Made by a program: the position numbers and the translations under genes
Notes under the pieces: generated by a model
Seen by the model: the letters and a program-made list of their open reading frames with translations, nothing else
What the model was told of the DNA's origin: nothing
Database searches by the model: none
Assembly: GCA_964535575.1 (NCBI GenBank)
Contig: CAZHTC010000003.1
Span: forward strand, 283,357 to 347,356
Direction of reading: 5' to 3'
Length of the DNA stretch: 64,000 nt
Source: an uncultured Bifidobacteriaceae bacterium
Lineage (GTDB): Bacteria; Bacteroidota; Bacteroidia; UKL13-3
In this document: positions 38,206 through 47,194 of the stretch, in pieces
How the letters are laid out: the number at the start of each line of letters is the position of its first letter
How positions within the stretch are numbered: position 1 is the stretch's first letter

Positions 38206-40275
38206 TTAATTGGTAAAAGGTAAAAATCCGTAATCTTTTCCGTAACCCAATTGCTCATTGATAAAGTTGAGTGGATATTCAACTTTAACATCAACAATTT
38301 TCTCGCCTTCTTTTATTGCAATCAGTTTCGGCTGAATAAAACCTTTGTAAGGTGCTACATTAAGCTTGTTGAAGCGATCTTTTACTTCTTTTAATAATTC
38401 CTGATCTACTTTTACACCATAGCCTTCTACAAGTGCTGTAGCTGCTTTGTAATCGCCTTCCGATTTGATGCGTTGAATTTCACGAAGCAGGTCTCCAAAC
38501 AATTTACGCAATTTGGTATAATCATTTACTTTTACATAGGTTTTCCCGTCACGTTTCACGAATTCAATTACGTTTTCGACCTTACCTTTGTCATATGCCC
38601 ATTTCGCAATCAATTGACGATTGCGCATATGAGCCTCTTCCAGATTTTCGCCAATGTTCAGTCGTGTAAGTTGAGTTATTAATCCGTTCATGATGTAATT
38701 GTCGTATTCTGCTTTTCCCACCTCAATCGAGGGCATTACTCCTATGTCAACTAATTTCGGATCCATGATATAATACAGGGCTACTAAGTCAGCTCGTGCT
38801 TCTTCAAGAGTAGATGCGTAGTTTTTTAAAGTCTGGTCAGGGTCGCACACACCTTTGTTTATCTGACCTGATGCATGGCCGATTACTTCATGCATATCGG
38901 TATGTAGATCTCCGGCCAGTGAGGCAAATTCTTTCGCACGTTTTATCTGTTCTTCGCTTACGGCAAATTCTTTCAGCATTGGGCTGGTTTTGTTGGCTTC
39001 GTTATATGAGTGAACAATATTCCCCAATGATACCGATTTGGAACCATGTTTCTGACGGATCCAGTTGGCATTAGGAAGGTTTATGCCAATAGGGGTAGAC
39101 GGAGAGGCATCGCCTGCTTCCTGAATCACCGTGATTACTTTGGCAGTAATTCCTTTCACTTCCTTCTTTTTGTGTTCTGGCAATATTGGGGAGTTGTCTT
39201 CAAACCACTGGGCATTGGAAGCAATGGTGGCAATACGTTTGGTAGCTTCCATATCTTTCATGCTTACCACACTCTCGTAGCTGGCACGTTTACCAATGGC
39301 ATCTCCATATACTTCAATAAAACCATTCACCACATCCAATCTCGAGTCGGTATCGGCAACCCAGGCAATATTGTATTCATCCCATTTTTTCAAATCACCG
39401 GTTTTGTAATAGTCAACCAGCAATTCAAGGGCGTGTTTTTGCTTTTCATTTTCAGCTACCGAAATTGCTTTTTCCAGCCAGAATACAATTTTCTCAATGG
39501 CGGCACCATACATTCCTCCCACTTTCCATACTTTTTCGGTAACCTTATTGTTTTCCTTCAGCATTTTTGAGTTTAATCCCCACGACACCGGTTCGGGATC
39601 GTCTTTTTTGACAATTTTTTCGTAGTAAGCTTCTACTTCTTTTTGTGAGATGCCTTCGTAAAAATTATTTGCCGATGCCATTACGTTGTCAATTCCGGGG
39701 GCAAGGTCAACAATTTTGGCATCTACTTTTGCATCAAAAATGATAGGCTGCAAGAAGGTGATCAACTGATCAGGTGTTTGTCCGTTTTCGAGTGGAAGTT
39801 TGGCTGCATCACACCCTTTCACCAATTCACTGAAATACGCAAAATCAAACTCGGGCATGAGTTTAAGGTTGCTGTAGTGATGATGAATGCCATTACTGAA
39901 GAAAACGCGTTTGGCGTATACTTCAAATTTTTTCCAGTTATCACTATTTGTATCAGCTTTCCCGCTTTCATAAATAGCTTCAAGTACTTTTCTGATTTTA
40001 AGGTTATGTTTATACTTCTGGTCCCATATTATATCACGTCCGCAACGGGCTGCTTCATAAAGGTAATAGGCTAATTCTTTTTGTTGTGCCGTGAGTGTTT
40101 CGAATCCGGGAATTTCATAACGTAAAACTTGTAAATCGGCAAAGCGGTCAACTGCCACCTGAAAAGTGGAGTCCTTGGTTGATTTAGTTCCTCCGGTATG
40201 CTGTTCGGTTTTAGTGCATGCACCAAAAAAGGCGGCTGAGCAAATACCTATCATAAGGCTATGTTTAAATTGCAT
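38206..40275 (-). CDS. Dipeptidyl-peptidase III (M49 family zinc peptidase), lipoprotein
   Basis: HEVIGH (HExxGH) and EEARAD (EExRAE/D) zinc-binding motifs. The start is moved to 40275 (MQFKHSLMIGICSAAFFGACTK lipobox). Confidence 0.8.
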   Translation of the reverse strand: MQFKHSLMIGICSAAFFGACTKTEQHTGGTKSTKDSTFQVAVDRFADLQVLRYEIPGFETLTAQQKELAYYLYEAARCGRDIIWDQKYKHNLKIRKVLEAIYESGKADTNSDNWKKFEVYAKRVFFSNGIHHHYSNLKLMPEFDFAYFSELVKGCDAAKLPLENGQTPDQLITFLQPIIFDAKVDAKIVDLAPGIDNVMASANNFYEGISQKEVEAYYEKIVKKDDPEPVSWGLNSKMLKENNKVTEKVWKVGGMYGAAIEKIVFWLEKAISVAENEKQKHALELLVDYYKTGDLKKWDEYNIAWVADTDSRLDVVNGFIEVYGDAIGKRASYESVVSMKDMEATKRIATIASNAQWFEDNSPILPEHKKKEVKGITAKVITVIQEAGDASPSTPIGINLPNANWIRQKHGSKSVSLGNIVHSYNEANKTSPMLKEFAVSEEQIKRAKEFASLAGDLHTDMHEVIGHASGQINKGVCDPDQTLKNYASTLEEARADLVALYYIMDPKLVDIGVMPSIEVGKAEYDNYIMNGLITQLTRLNIGENLEEAHMRNRQLIAKWAYDKGKVENVIEFVKRDGKTYVKVNDYTKLRKLFGDLLREIQRIKSEGDYKAATALVEGYGVKVDQELLKEVKDRFNKLNVAPYKGFIQPKLIAIKEGEKIVDVKVEYPLNFINEQLGYGKDYGFLPFTN

Positions 40276-40434
40276 AATGTGAATTTTAATTAAAATACAT
40301 CGCAAATAAGGGATTTGAACGCAAAATTCATAAAATCCAGAATGATTTAATTCATCGGGAGGTATCCTATATAATAATTATTTGCTGTATTAAATAAAAT
40401 ATGGTAGTTTTGTTTCTAACCAACCAAATTCTTT

Positions 40435-42039
40435 ATGAAACCACTTTACTTAACCACTATTGCACTTTTGCTTTTTATTTCCTTATCATTTGCTCAAAGA
40501 AATACTACTCCGTCTGATCGTTATACCTGGGACGGCAAGTCAACAGTACCCCGGAGCGGGTACGTTATCCTCAGGTCAGGGAAAAAAATGGAAGGAATGT
40601 TATCGATAAAAGGAAGTTATAATGAAGTTAAGATGGTTATACTTTTAAGTGAAGGGAAGGAGATCGAGTTTAAGCCAATCAGTCTTTCGGAATACGGTAT
40701 TTATTCACAGCCATTGGTAAATGATAGTCCCGAAGAATTATATGAATGGAGGAGTATGGGAGAAACTAACGGACATGCTATTTCCAATACAAAACCCCGC
40801 AATGGGTATGTGATACTTGCTTCCGGGATCAGGCTTGAGGGGGAGTTGCAACTAAAAAAGGTAGATGGCAGGCTTGATGAGATTCGACTTAAGAATGATG
40901 CCGGAAAAGGGAAGTATGAACTTTCAGAGGTAAATAATTACGGCCTTATTCTTACCATTAATGAGTTAACCGATAATGGCAAGAAGGAGAGAAAGGATTG
41001 GGCCTTAAATTTTCATCCGGCAACCATTTATAATGAAGACGGCACCTCTAAAGTCGGGGTTGTGGCCTTTCAAAACAGTACTGTTCCGAATTCTTTTAAA
41101 CCATTGGAAAACGCTCACTACCGTGGCATATATTATACTGCTACACGCGAGGGTGAATTAAGTATATTATCAGCTCAGGGAATAATAAAGATTGAAAAGA
41201 AGGTAAACGATTCATTGCTTACTTATGTGCCTTATGGCGATGGAACTTTTGTATTAGAGGTGCCGGGTGCAAACCTAATGGCTGCTAAGACAATGCACAA
41301 GGGGAAAATAAAGTTTTCTGATGGTACCGAAGCAGAAGGTGAGCTGGCAATGATGGCCACCGGGACTCAACAAGAGTTTTATACTCAAGTTAGGTTCAAG
41401 TCTTCTACTGGAGCGGCCACTATTTACAAGGCTGAGATGATTGAATCAGCCATTCAGCAAATTGATGGTAAACCCGTTCGTTATATTAAAATGAAAGAAT
41501 TTCTTATTCAGGTGGAATTTGACGGAGCCATGTTTGCCTTTTACCGCAATCCTTACCCTACTACAGTGAATAAAACGGCCACTTCACTGGCAAAAGGTGC
41601 TGCCAATGTAGGGAGTCAGGCAGCAGTAAGTGAATTTGAAAAAGGAAATGGAGAAGTAGATAGTGTAATAAACAATTTATCGCTTGAGCAACTTCAGGAA
41701 GTTGATAAGGAACTTATTAAGAGATATGGGGGGACTGAAGAGAAATTTAATGAGGCTGCCCCGGATTGGGCAAAAAAGAGACGGGCTGCAATCATTACCA
41801 GAATGGTTGGACTGCAAGCCTCGAAGAGCGTTGTTATTTATAAGCGCGAGTGGATTTTATTTAATAAAAAAACAAACGAAAAAGTGGTTATCACCAAAGA
41901 TCAGTATAAAGATCTTATGGAAGGATATTTAATGGGTTGTGAAAACTATCTTACATTGGATAAAAAATCACAAAGTACCTATAAGGAATTCGACAATATT
42001 TTAAAAACGCTTGAGTTTTTAGAAGGTTGTTTTAAGTAG
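40435..42039 (+). CDS. Hypothetical secreted protein with 4 internal ~50-aa repeats
   Basis: Signal peptide MKPLYLTTIALLLFISLSFAQ. Repeated G-Y-V-I-L-x-S-G...EGEL-x-L modules. It is AT-rich relative to its neighbours. Confidence 0.5.
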   Translation: MKPLYLTTIALLLFISLSFAQRNTTPSDRYTWDGKSTVPRSGYVILRSGKKMEGMLSIKGSYNEVKMVILLSEGKEIEFKPISLSEYGIYSQPLVNDSPEELYEWRSMGETNGHAISNTKPRNGYVILASGIRLEGELQLKKVDGRLDEIRLKNDAGKGKYELSEVNNYGLILTINELTDNGKKERKDWALNFHPATIYNEDGTSKVGVVAFQNSTVPNSFKPLENAHYRGIYYTATREGELSILSAQGIIKIEKKVNDSLLTYVPYGDGTFVLEVPGANLMAAKTMHKGKIKFSDGTEAEGELAMMATGTQQEFYTQVRFKSSTGAATIYKAEMIESAIQQIDGKPVRYIKMKEFLIQVEFDGAMFAFYRNPYPTTVNKTATSLAKGAANVGSQAAVSEFEKGNGEVDSVINNLSLEQLQEVDKELIKRYGGTEEKFNEAAPDWAKKRRAAIITRMVGLQASKSVVIYKREWILFNKKTNEKVVITKDQYKDLMEGYLMGCENYLTLDKKSQSTYKEFDNILKTLEFLEGCFK

Positions 42040-42054
42040 TCCCTACTATGTTTT

Positions 42055-42079
42055 GATAACTGATGCATATCAGTTTTTG
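42055..42079 (+). terminator. Weak rho-independent terminator after 40435-42039
   Basis: AACTGAT-gcat-ATCAGTT followed by TTTTT. Confidence 0.4.
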
Positions 42080-42127
42080 AATAATTCAGGCACGTTATCT
42101 TGCAGCCGGTTTAAGTTGAGTTGAAAG

Positions 42128-44185
42128 ATGATTGTACCCGAATTAATAAGTCCTGATAGTATAGTAGTAGTAGGTGCATCCCACGATACCTCCAAGCCCG
42201 GAGGAAAAGTGCTTAAGAATATTATCGAACATCATTACGATGGGAAGTTATATGCTGTAAATCCGAAACCATTTGTAATGCAGGGGGTGGCTTGTTATGA
42301 ATCTTGTGCAGTGTTGCCACAGGTTAATCTTGCTGTCATTGCCATTGCAGCACCTTTGGTTGAAGATTGTATTCGTGAACTTGCTTTGCAAAAAGGCTGC
42401 AGGGCGTTCATAATTTTTTCATCCGGATTTGGTGAAATTGGTGAAGAAGGTAGGGCATTAGAGCAACGTTGCACATCCATTGTAGAATCGGTGGGAGGGA
42501 CTTTAATTGGGCCAAATTGTATAGGAGTGCTTACGCCACGATACAAAGGGGTATTTGCTGGACCCATTCCCAATTTTGACCCTAAAGGGTGTGATTGTGT
42601 TTCTGCATCTGGAGCAACTATGGTTTTTTTGTTGGAAGAGGCGATTCCCCGAGGGTTAACATTCTCCAGTATCTTTTCGGTAGGTAATAGCGCTCAGATT
42701 GGGGTGGAAGAAATACTGGAATACTGGGATACCACGTTTGATTCATCAACCAGTTCACGCATCAAATTATTGTATATGGAGGAAATAAACAATCCTCTTA
42801 AGTTTTATAAACATGCCCGCTCACTTGTTGAAAAGGGGTGCCGAATTGCAGCTATTAAAGCCGGCTCAACGGAAGCTGGTTCAAGAGCGGTTTCATCCCA
42901 CACTGGTTCGTTGGCAGGTTCTAATACTGCCGTTAATGCCCTTTTCCGGAAAGCCGGAATTTTGCGTTGCCACAGTCGGGTGGAGTTAGTTTATGCGGCA
43001 GCTGTTTTTGCGCATAAACAATTGCACGGAAATCGCATTGCAGTAATTACCCATGCCGGAGGGCCTGGGGTTATGCTTACTGATATTCTAACCAGGGGAG
43101 GTATGCAGGTGCCGCATCTGGAAGGGGCAAAGGCTGACGAATTAAAAGCCAAATTATTTCCGGGTTCATCGGTTGCCAATCCAATAGATTTTTTGGCAAC
43201 AGGCACGGCTGAACAATTAGGGACAATTCTGGATTATGTAGATAATGAATTTGATGAAATTGATGGCTCGGTAGTAGTATTTGGTACTACCGGTATGTGG
43301 AGTGTAAACAACGTATATGAGGTGCTGCATCAAAAAATGAAAACGTGTAAAAAGCCCATTTTCCCAATTCTGCCATCGGTAATTCTGGCTGCCGAGGAGG
43401 TAAGTAATTTTCAGGCGTTCGGGCGCATTAATTTTACCGATGAAGTTAGTTTTGGGTATGTGCTTGCGCGAGCTCAGCGTATTGGAAAACTGTTTGCCGA
43501 TCCCGTTTTGCCTGAGGTAAATGAACCATTAATACGGGATGTAATAAATAAGGCTGAAAACGGATATTTATTACCCGAAGAGGTGGAACGTTTGTTAAAT
43601 TCAGTACATATTCCGCAAGCAAAACAATTTACTGTTTCTTCAAAAGCAGAAGTTTTGACTGTTGTTTCAAAAATAGGTTTTCCGTTAGTGATGAAAGTAA
43701 TAGGGCCGGTACATAAAACAGAAGTGGGTGGTGTGCGTTTGGGAATTCCCGATTTGCAGCATGCCGAACTTATGTTTACTGAACTCATGCTTATTGAAGG
43801 GGCTTTAGGCGTGGTGATACAGGAACAACTGAACGGACATGAGATTTTCATGGGTGCAAAAAGGGAAGATAAATTCGGACATATTATTTTATGCGGGTTA
43901 GGCGGCATTTTCGTAGAAGTTTTTAAAGATGTATCCGCGGGTCTGGCACCTGTTGGAACAGAGGAGTCACTTTCCATGATCCGCTACCTGCAGTCATATC
44001 CGATTATAAAGGGCATAAGAGGTAAGGAGGGAGTAAACGAACAGTTATTATCCGAAATAATAGTTAAACTTTCGGCTTTATTGAAGGTTGCCCCTGAAAT
44101 AGCCGAAATGGATATTAATCCGTTGCTGGGAACTTTGGAACGTGTAACCGCAGTAGATGCCAGAATCTTAATCCAAAAGGATTAA
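42128..44185 (+). CDS. ADP-forming acyl-CoA synthetase family protein (fused CoA-binding alpha + ATP-grasp beta domains)
   Basis: N-terminal CoA-binding/succinyl-CoA-synthetase-like fold (VVGAS...GPNCIGV; ligase-CoA domain). C-terminal ATP-grasp. 685 aa is typical of NDP-forming acetyl-CoA synthetases. Confidence 0.7.
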   Translation: MIVPELISPDSIVVVGASHDTSKPGGKVLKNIIEHHYDGKLYAVNPKPFVMQGVACYESCAVLPQVNLAVIAIAAPLVEDCIRELALQKGCRAFIIFSSGFGEIGEEGRALEQRCTSIVESVGGTLIGPNCIGVLTPRYKGVFAGPIPNFDPKGCDCVSASGATMVFLLEEAIPRGLTFSSIFSVGNSAQIGVEEILEYWDTTFDSSTSSRIKLLYMEEINNPLKFYKHARSLVEKGCRIAAIKAGSTEAGSRAVSSHTGSLAGSNTAVNALFRKAGILRCHSRVELVYAAAVFAHKQLHGNRIAVITHAGGPGVMLTDILTRGGMQVPHLEGAKADELKAKLFPGSSVANPIDFLATGTAEQLGTILDYVDNEFDEIDGSVVVFGTTGMWSVNNVYEVLHQKMKTCKKPIFPILPSVILAAEEVSNFQAFGRINFTDEVSFGYVLARAQRIGKLFADPVLPEVNEPLIRDVINKAENGYLLPEEVERLLNSVHIPQAKQFTVSSKAEVLTVVSKIGFPLVMKVIGPVHKTEVGGVRLGIPDLQHAELMFTELMLIEGALGVVIQEQLNGHEIFMGAKREDKFGHIILCGLGGIFVEVFKDVSAGLAPVGTEESLSMIRYLQSYPIIKGIRGKEGVNEQLLSEIIVKLSALLKVAPEIAEMDINPLLGTLERVTAVDARILIQKD

Positions 44186-44886
44186 CCAATTACTTTTACC
44201 GTGGCGCATGCAAAGAGTGCAGCCGTCTCCGTCCTCAGTATATTTTCTCCAAGAGTAACAGGAGTAAATCCGGATTTTTTAGCGAGTTCCACTTCTTCAG
44301 CGGTAAAATCACCTTCGGGGCCAATAAGAACGAGTAAGTGTTTATGTACCGAGGTGTTTAAGTGTTTGGTCAAGGATTGCTTCTCATTGGTTTCGCACCA
44401 GGCTATCAGCTTAAGGGAATCTTTGCCTGAAGATTCAATCAGTTTTTTCAGCGGAATGATATCGTGTATTTTAGGAAGCCACCATTGTTTGCTTTGTTTC
44501 ATGGCACTGATGGCTACTTTTTCGCAACGTTCTTTATTTATTTTGTTTCGCTCGCTACGCTCACATTCAATAAACGTAATTTCTTCAATACCCATTTCGG
44601 TTGCTTTTTCAATAAACCATTCCATACGATCGAAGTTTTTAGTAGGTGCAATGGCTATATGTAAAAAAGTTTCCCTGGGCTTATGTGTTAACCGCTGTTT
44701 TACCTGCAATACACATTTTTTTACATGGTCATCAGCAATAGAGGCAATCGCTTGGGTGCCTTTTCCATCGGCTAAAGTTACTTCATCACCCTTCTTTAAT
44801 CGCAGCACCCGAATGCAATGTTTGCTTTCTTCTTCACTTAAATCAATGTGGTCAACGGTTAAGTCGGGTTGATAAAATACATGCAT
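44182..44886 (-). CDS. rsmE: 16S rRNA (uracil1498-N3)-methyltransferase RsmE
   Basis: N-terminal PUA-like domain (HVFYQ...GDEVTLADGKG). C-terminal SPOUT domain (LLVLIGPEGDFTAEE). Confidence 0.85.
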   Translation of the reverse strand: MHVFYQPDLTVDHIDLSEEESKHCIRVLRLKKGDEVTLADGKGTQAIASIADDHVKKCVLQVKQRLTHKPRETFLHIAIAPTKNFDRMEWFIEKATEMGIEEITFIECERSERNKINKERCEKVAISAMKQSKQWWLPKIHDIIPLKKLIESSGKDSLKLIAWCETNEKQSLTKHLNTSVHKHLLVLIGPEGDFTAEEVELAKKSGFTPVTLGENILRTETAALFACATVKVIG

Positions 44887-44944
44887 AAAAAAATAAGGAC
44901 GTTGTTTTCAACGTCCTTACAAATATAACAAAGAGTGTGGTTGC

Positions 44945-46543
44945 TTATGCGTTTTGTGAAGCTTTAGGTGCTGCTCCCAAAATTTCAGCATCTACTCCAT
45001 CGGCATACTGAGCAAAGTTTTTATTAAACAGTTCGGCCAAATGATTTGCTTTTGCATCATACGCAGCCTTATCACTCCAGGTGTTCCGCGGATTCAGAAT
45101 TTCTGAAGGAGCATTAGGGCAGGTCTTAGGCATTTGAATGCCAAATACCGGATGAGCTTCGTACGCTACATGGTTTAATTCGCCTCTTAACGCTGCGGTA
45201 ATCATGGCGCGGGTGTACGAAAGTTTCATTCGCGAACCTGTTCCGTATGATCCGCCTGTCCAGCCGGTATTTACCAGCCATACATTGATTTCTGGGTGGT
45301 TTTTTAATTTTTGACCCAACATTTTGGCGTATTTACCGGGGTGCAATGGCAAAAATGCTTTACCAAAACAAGCAGAGAAAGTAGCCTGTGGTTCGGTAAC
45401 TCCGGCTTCAGTACCTGCAACTTTAGCTGTATATCCACTGATGAAGTGGTACATGGCCTGCTGCGGATTTAATTTGGATATTGGAGGTAATACACCAAAA
45501 GCATCAGCCGTGAGGAAAAAGATATTTTCAGGCGTTTTACCTATAGAAGGTACTGCGATATTATCAATTAAATAAATGGGATAAGCGGCCCGGGTATTTT
45601 CAGTTACACTGATATTGGTATAATCAACGGTAGTGGTTCCCCCGTGAAAACGGGTATTCTCCAACAAAGAACCAAATTTGATAGCGTCAAAAATCTGTGG
45701 TTCTTTTTCTTTGGTAAGGTCAACACATTTGGCGTAGCAACCTCCTTCAAAATTGAATACGCTGTTGTCGGCCCATCCGTGCTCATCATCTCCGATTAAT
45801 TTACGATGGGGGTCGGCTGATAAAGTAGTTTTACCTGTTCCGGATAATCCAAAGAAAATAGCGGTATCGCCTTTTTCGCCAATATTGGCAGAACAGTGCA
45901 TAGAGAGTACACCTTTTTCTTCAGGCAAAATATAGTTGAGCACCGTAAAGATTCCTTTTTTCATTTCTCCGGTGTATCCACTTCCGCCAATTAAAATAAT
46001 TTTACGGCTGAAGTCAATGATGGAGAAATTATGCTGACGGGTTCCGTCTTCGGCAGGTACAGCTTTAAAACTCGGTGCATTTATGATTAACCACTCGGGT
46101 GTAAATTTTTTTGCCTCTTCTTCGTCAGGCCTTAAAAACAGGTTGTGGCAAAACAAATTATTAAAAGCAGTTTCGGTAAATACGCGAATGTTTAATTTGT
46201 AAGCAGGATCGGCACAGGCATAGGCATCACGTGCAAAAATTTCTTTGCCTCCAAGGTGATCAATTACTTTGTTAAGCAATTTCTCAAATTTGTCCGGATC
46301 AAATTTTTGATTTACATCGCCCCACCATACCGTGTTTTCGGTTTTGCTGTCAACTACCGAAAATTTATCTTTCGGTGAACGACCGGTGAATTCGCCCGTG
46401 TCGGCCATTAAGGCTCCGGTATCGGTTAAAACCCCTTCGCCACGTTTAATAGATGCCGCAACTAATTCAGCAGGCTTCAGGTTCATATGAACCGTACCAG
46501 CCTTGCTCATAATTTTCTCAATTACAGATTGTGTAGTACTCAT
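44945..46543 (-). CDS. pckA: Phosphoenolpyruvate carboxykinase (ATP)
   Basis: Kinase-1a GLSGTGKTT. PEPCK-specific motifs. 532 aa. Confidence 0.95.
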   Translation of the reverse strand: MSTTQSVIEKIMSKAGTVHMNLKPAELVAASIKRGEGVLTDTGALMADTGEFTGRSPKDKFSVVDSKTENTVWWGDVNQKFDPDKFEKLLNKVIDHLGGKEIFARDAYACADPAYKLNIRVFTETAFNNLFCHNLFLRPDEEEAKKFTPEWLIINAPSFKAVPAEDGTRQHNFSIIDFSRKIILIGGSGYTGEMKKGIFTVLNYILPEEKGVLSMHCSANIGEKGDTAIFFGLSGTGKTTLSADPHRKLIGDDEHGWADNSVFNFEGGCYAKCVDLTKEKEPQIFDAIKFGSLLENTRFHGGTTTVDYTNISVTENTRAAYPIYLIDNIAVPSIGKTPENIFFLTADAFGVLPPISKLNPQQAMYHFISGYTAKVAGTEAGVTEPQATFSACFGKAFLPLHPGKYAKMLGQKLKNHPEINVWLVNTGWTGGSYGTGSRMKLSYTRAMITAALRGELNHVAYEAHPVFGIQMPKTCPNAPSEILNPRNTWSDKAAYDAKANHLAELFNKNFAQYADGVDAEILGAAPKASQNA

Positions 46544-46767
46544 TTCTTTTTATAGATGAAAGCAACGAAAATAGCTATTCCGATTCTATTGTAAGAATGA
46601 TTTAACTCAGCTTTGAAGGAGTAATTTGTAAGTTTCTGTTAAACAGAAATTTAAATCTTCAACAAATTGCTTTAATCCATTGAAAATTAAGAGGCTATCT
46701 TATTGAAATTATTTTTTATTAAAATTTGTTTCATCCCATTTAGTTGGGAATGGGGTAACCATTAAGA

Positions 46768-47109
46768 TTATCCTCCGGCCTTTTTAACTTTAAATCCTTG
46801 CTCATTTAGGTAAGCAAGTATTTTGTCCCGGTGATCACCTTGTAACAGAATTTCTCCATCTTTTACCGAGCCGCCCACACCACATTTTTGTTTTAATATT
46901 TTGCCTAATTGCTGTAAGTCGGTCTCATTTCCAATAAATCCCGAAACACGGGAAACCATTTTTCCGCCCCCCAACCTTTCAAGGTAAATCTTCAAATTTT
47001 GTTTTTGCGGAGCCAGGCTTTCTGTTTCCTCCACTACATCGTCTTTGTATTCAAAGCTATTATCTGTTGAATACACAATTCCATCTCCATGTTTACGCTT
47101 ATGATTCAT
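46768..47109 (-). CDS. yciH: SUI1/YciH-family translation initiation factor homolog
   Basis: 113 aa. The SUI1 fold signature (QKCGVGGSVKDGEILLQGDHRDKILAYL) matches the bacterial YciH pattern. Confidence 0.75.
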   Translation of the reverse strand: MNHKRKHGDGIVYSTDNSFEYKDDVVEETESLAPQKQNLKIYLERLGGGKMVSRVSGFIGNETDLQQLGKILKQKCGVGGSVKDGEILLQGDHRDKILAYLNEQGFKVKKAGG

Positions 47110-47194
47110 TCGTCCTGCAAAAATGGGTATTTAACTGGCAATTTGCAAGTTTGAGGGGAGTGACCTCGATTTTTCCCATTCATTTGAGGTAGAT

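Noticed and set aside
39046-39570. 174-aa + strand ORF inside the DPP-III gene
   Set aside because: It lies antisense to a gene with intact HExxGH/EExRAE motifs. There is no signal, no motif and no upstream promoter-like sequence.
44201-44872. 223-aa antisense ORF spanning almost the whole rsmE gene on the opposite strand
   Set aside because: The translation is Ser/Phe-rich low-complexity with no motifs, whereas the minus-strand frame gives a textbook RsmE (PUA + SPOUT). The long antisense open frame reflects codon bias, not a gene.
46544-46767. 224-nt AT-rich intergenic region upstream of pckA with short hairpins (TTTCTGTTAAACAGAAAT; CCCATT-n8-AATGGG)
   Set aside because: It is most simply the pckA promoter/UTR plus the terminator of the upstream SUI1 gene. 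No convincing ncRNA-like structure or repeat was seen.
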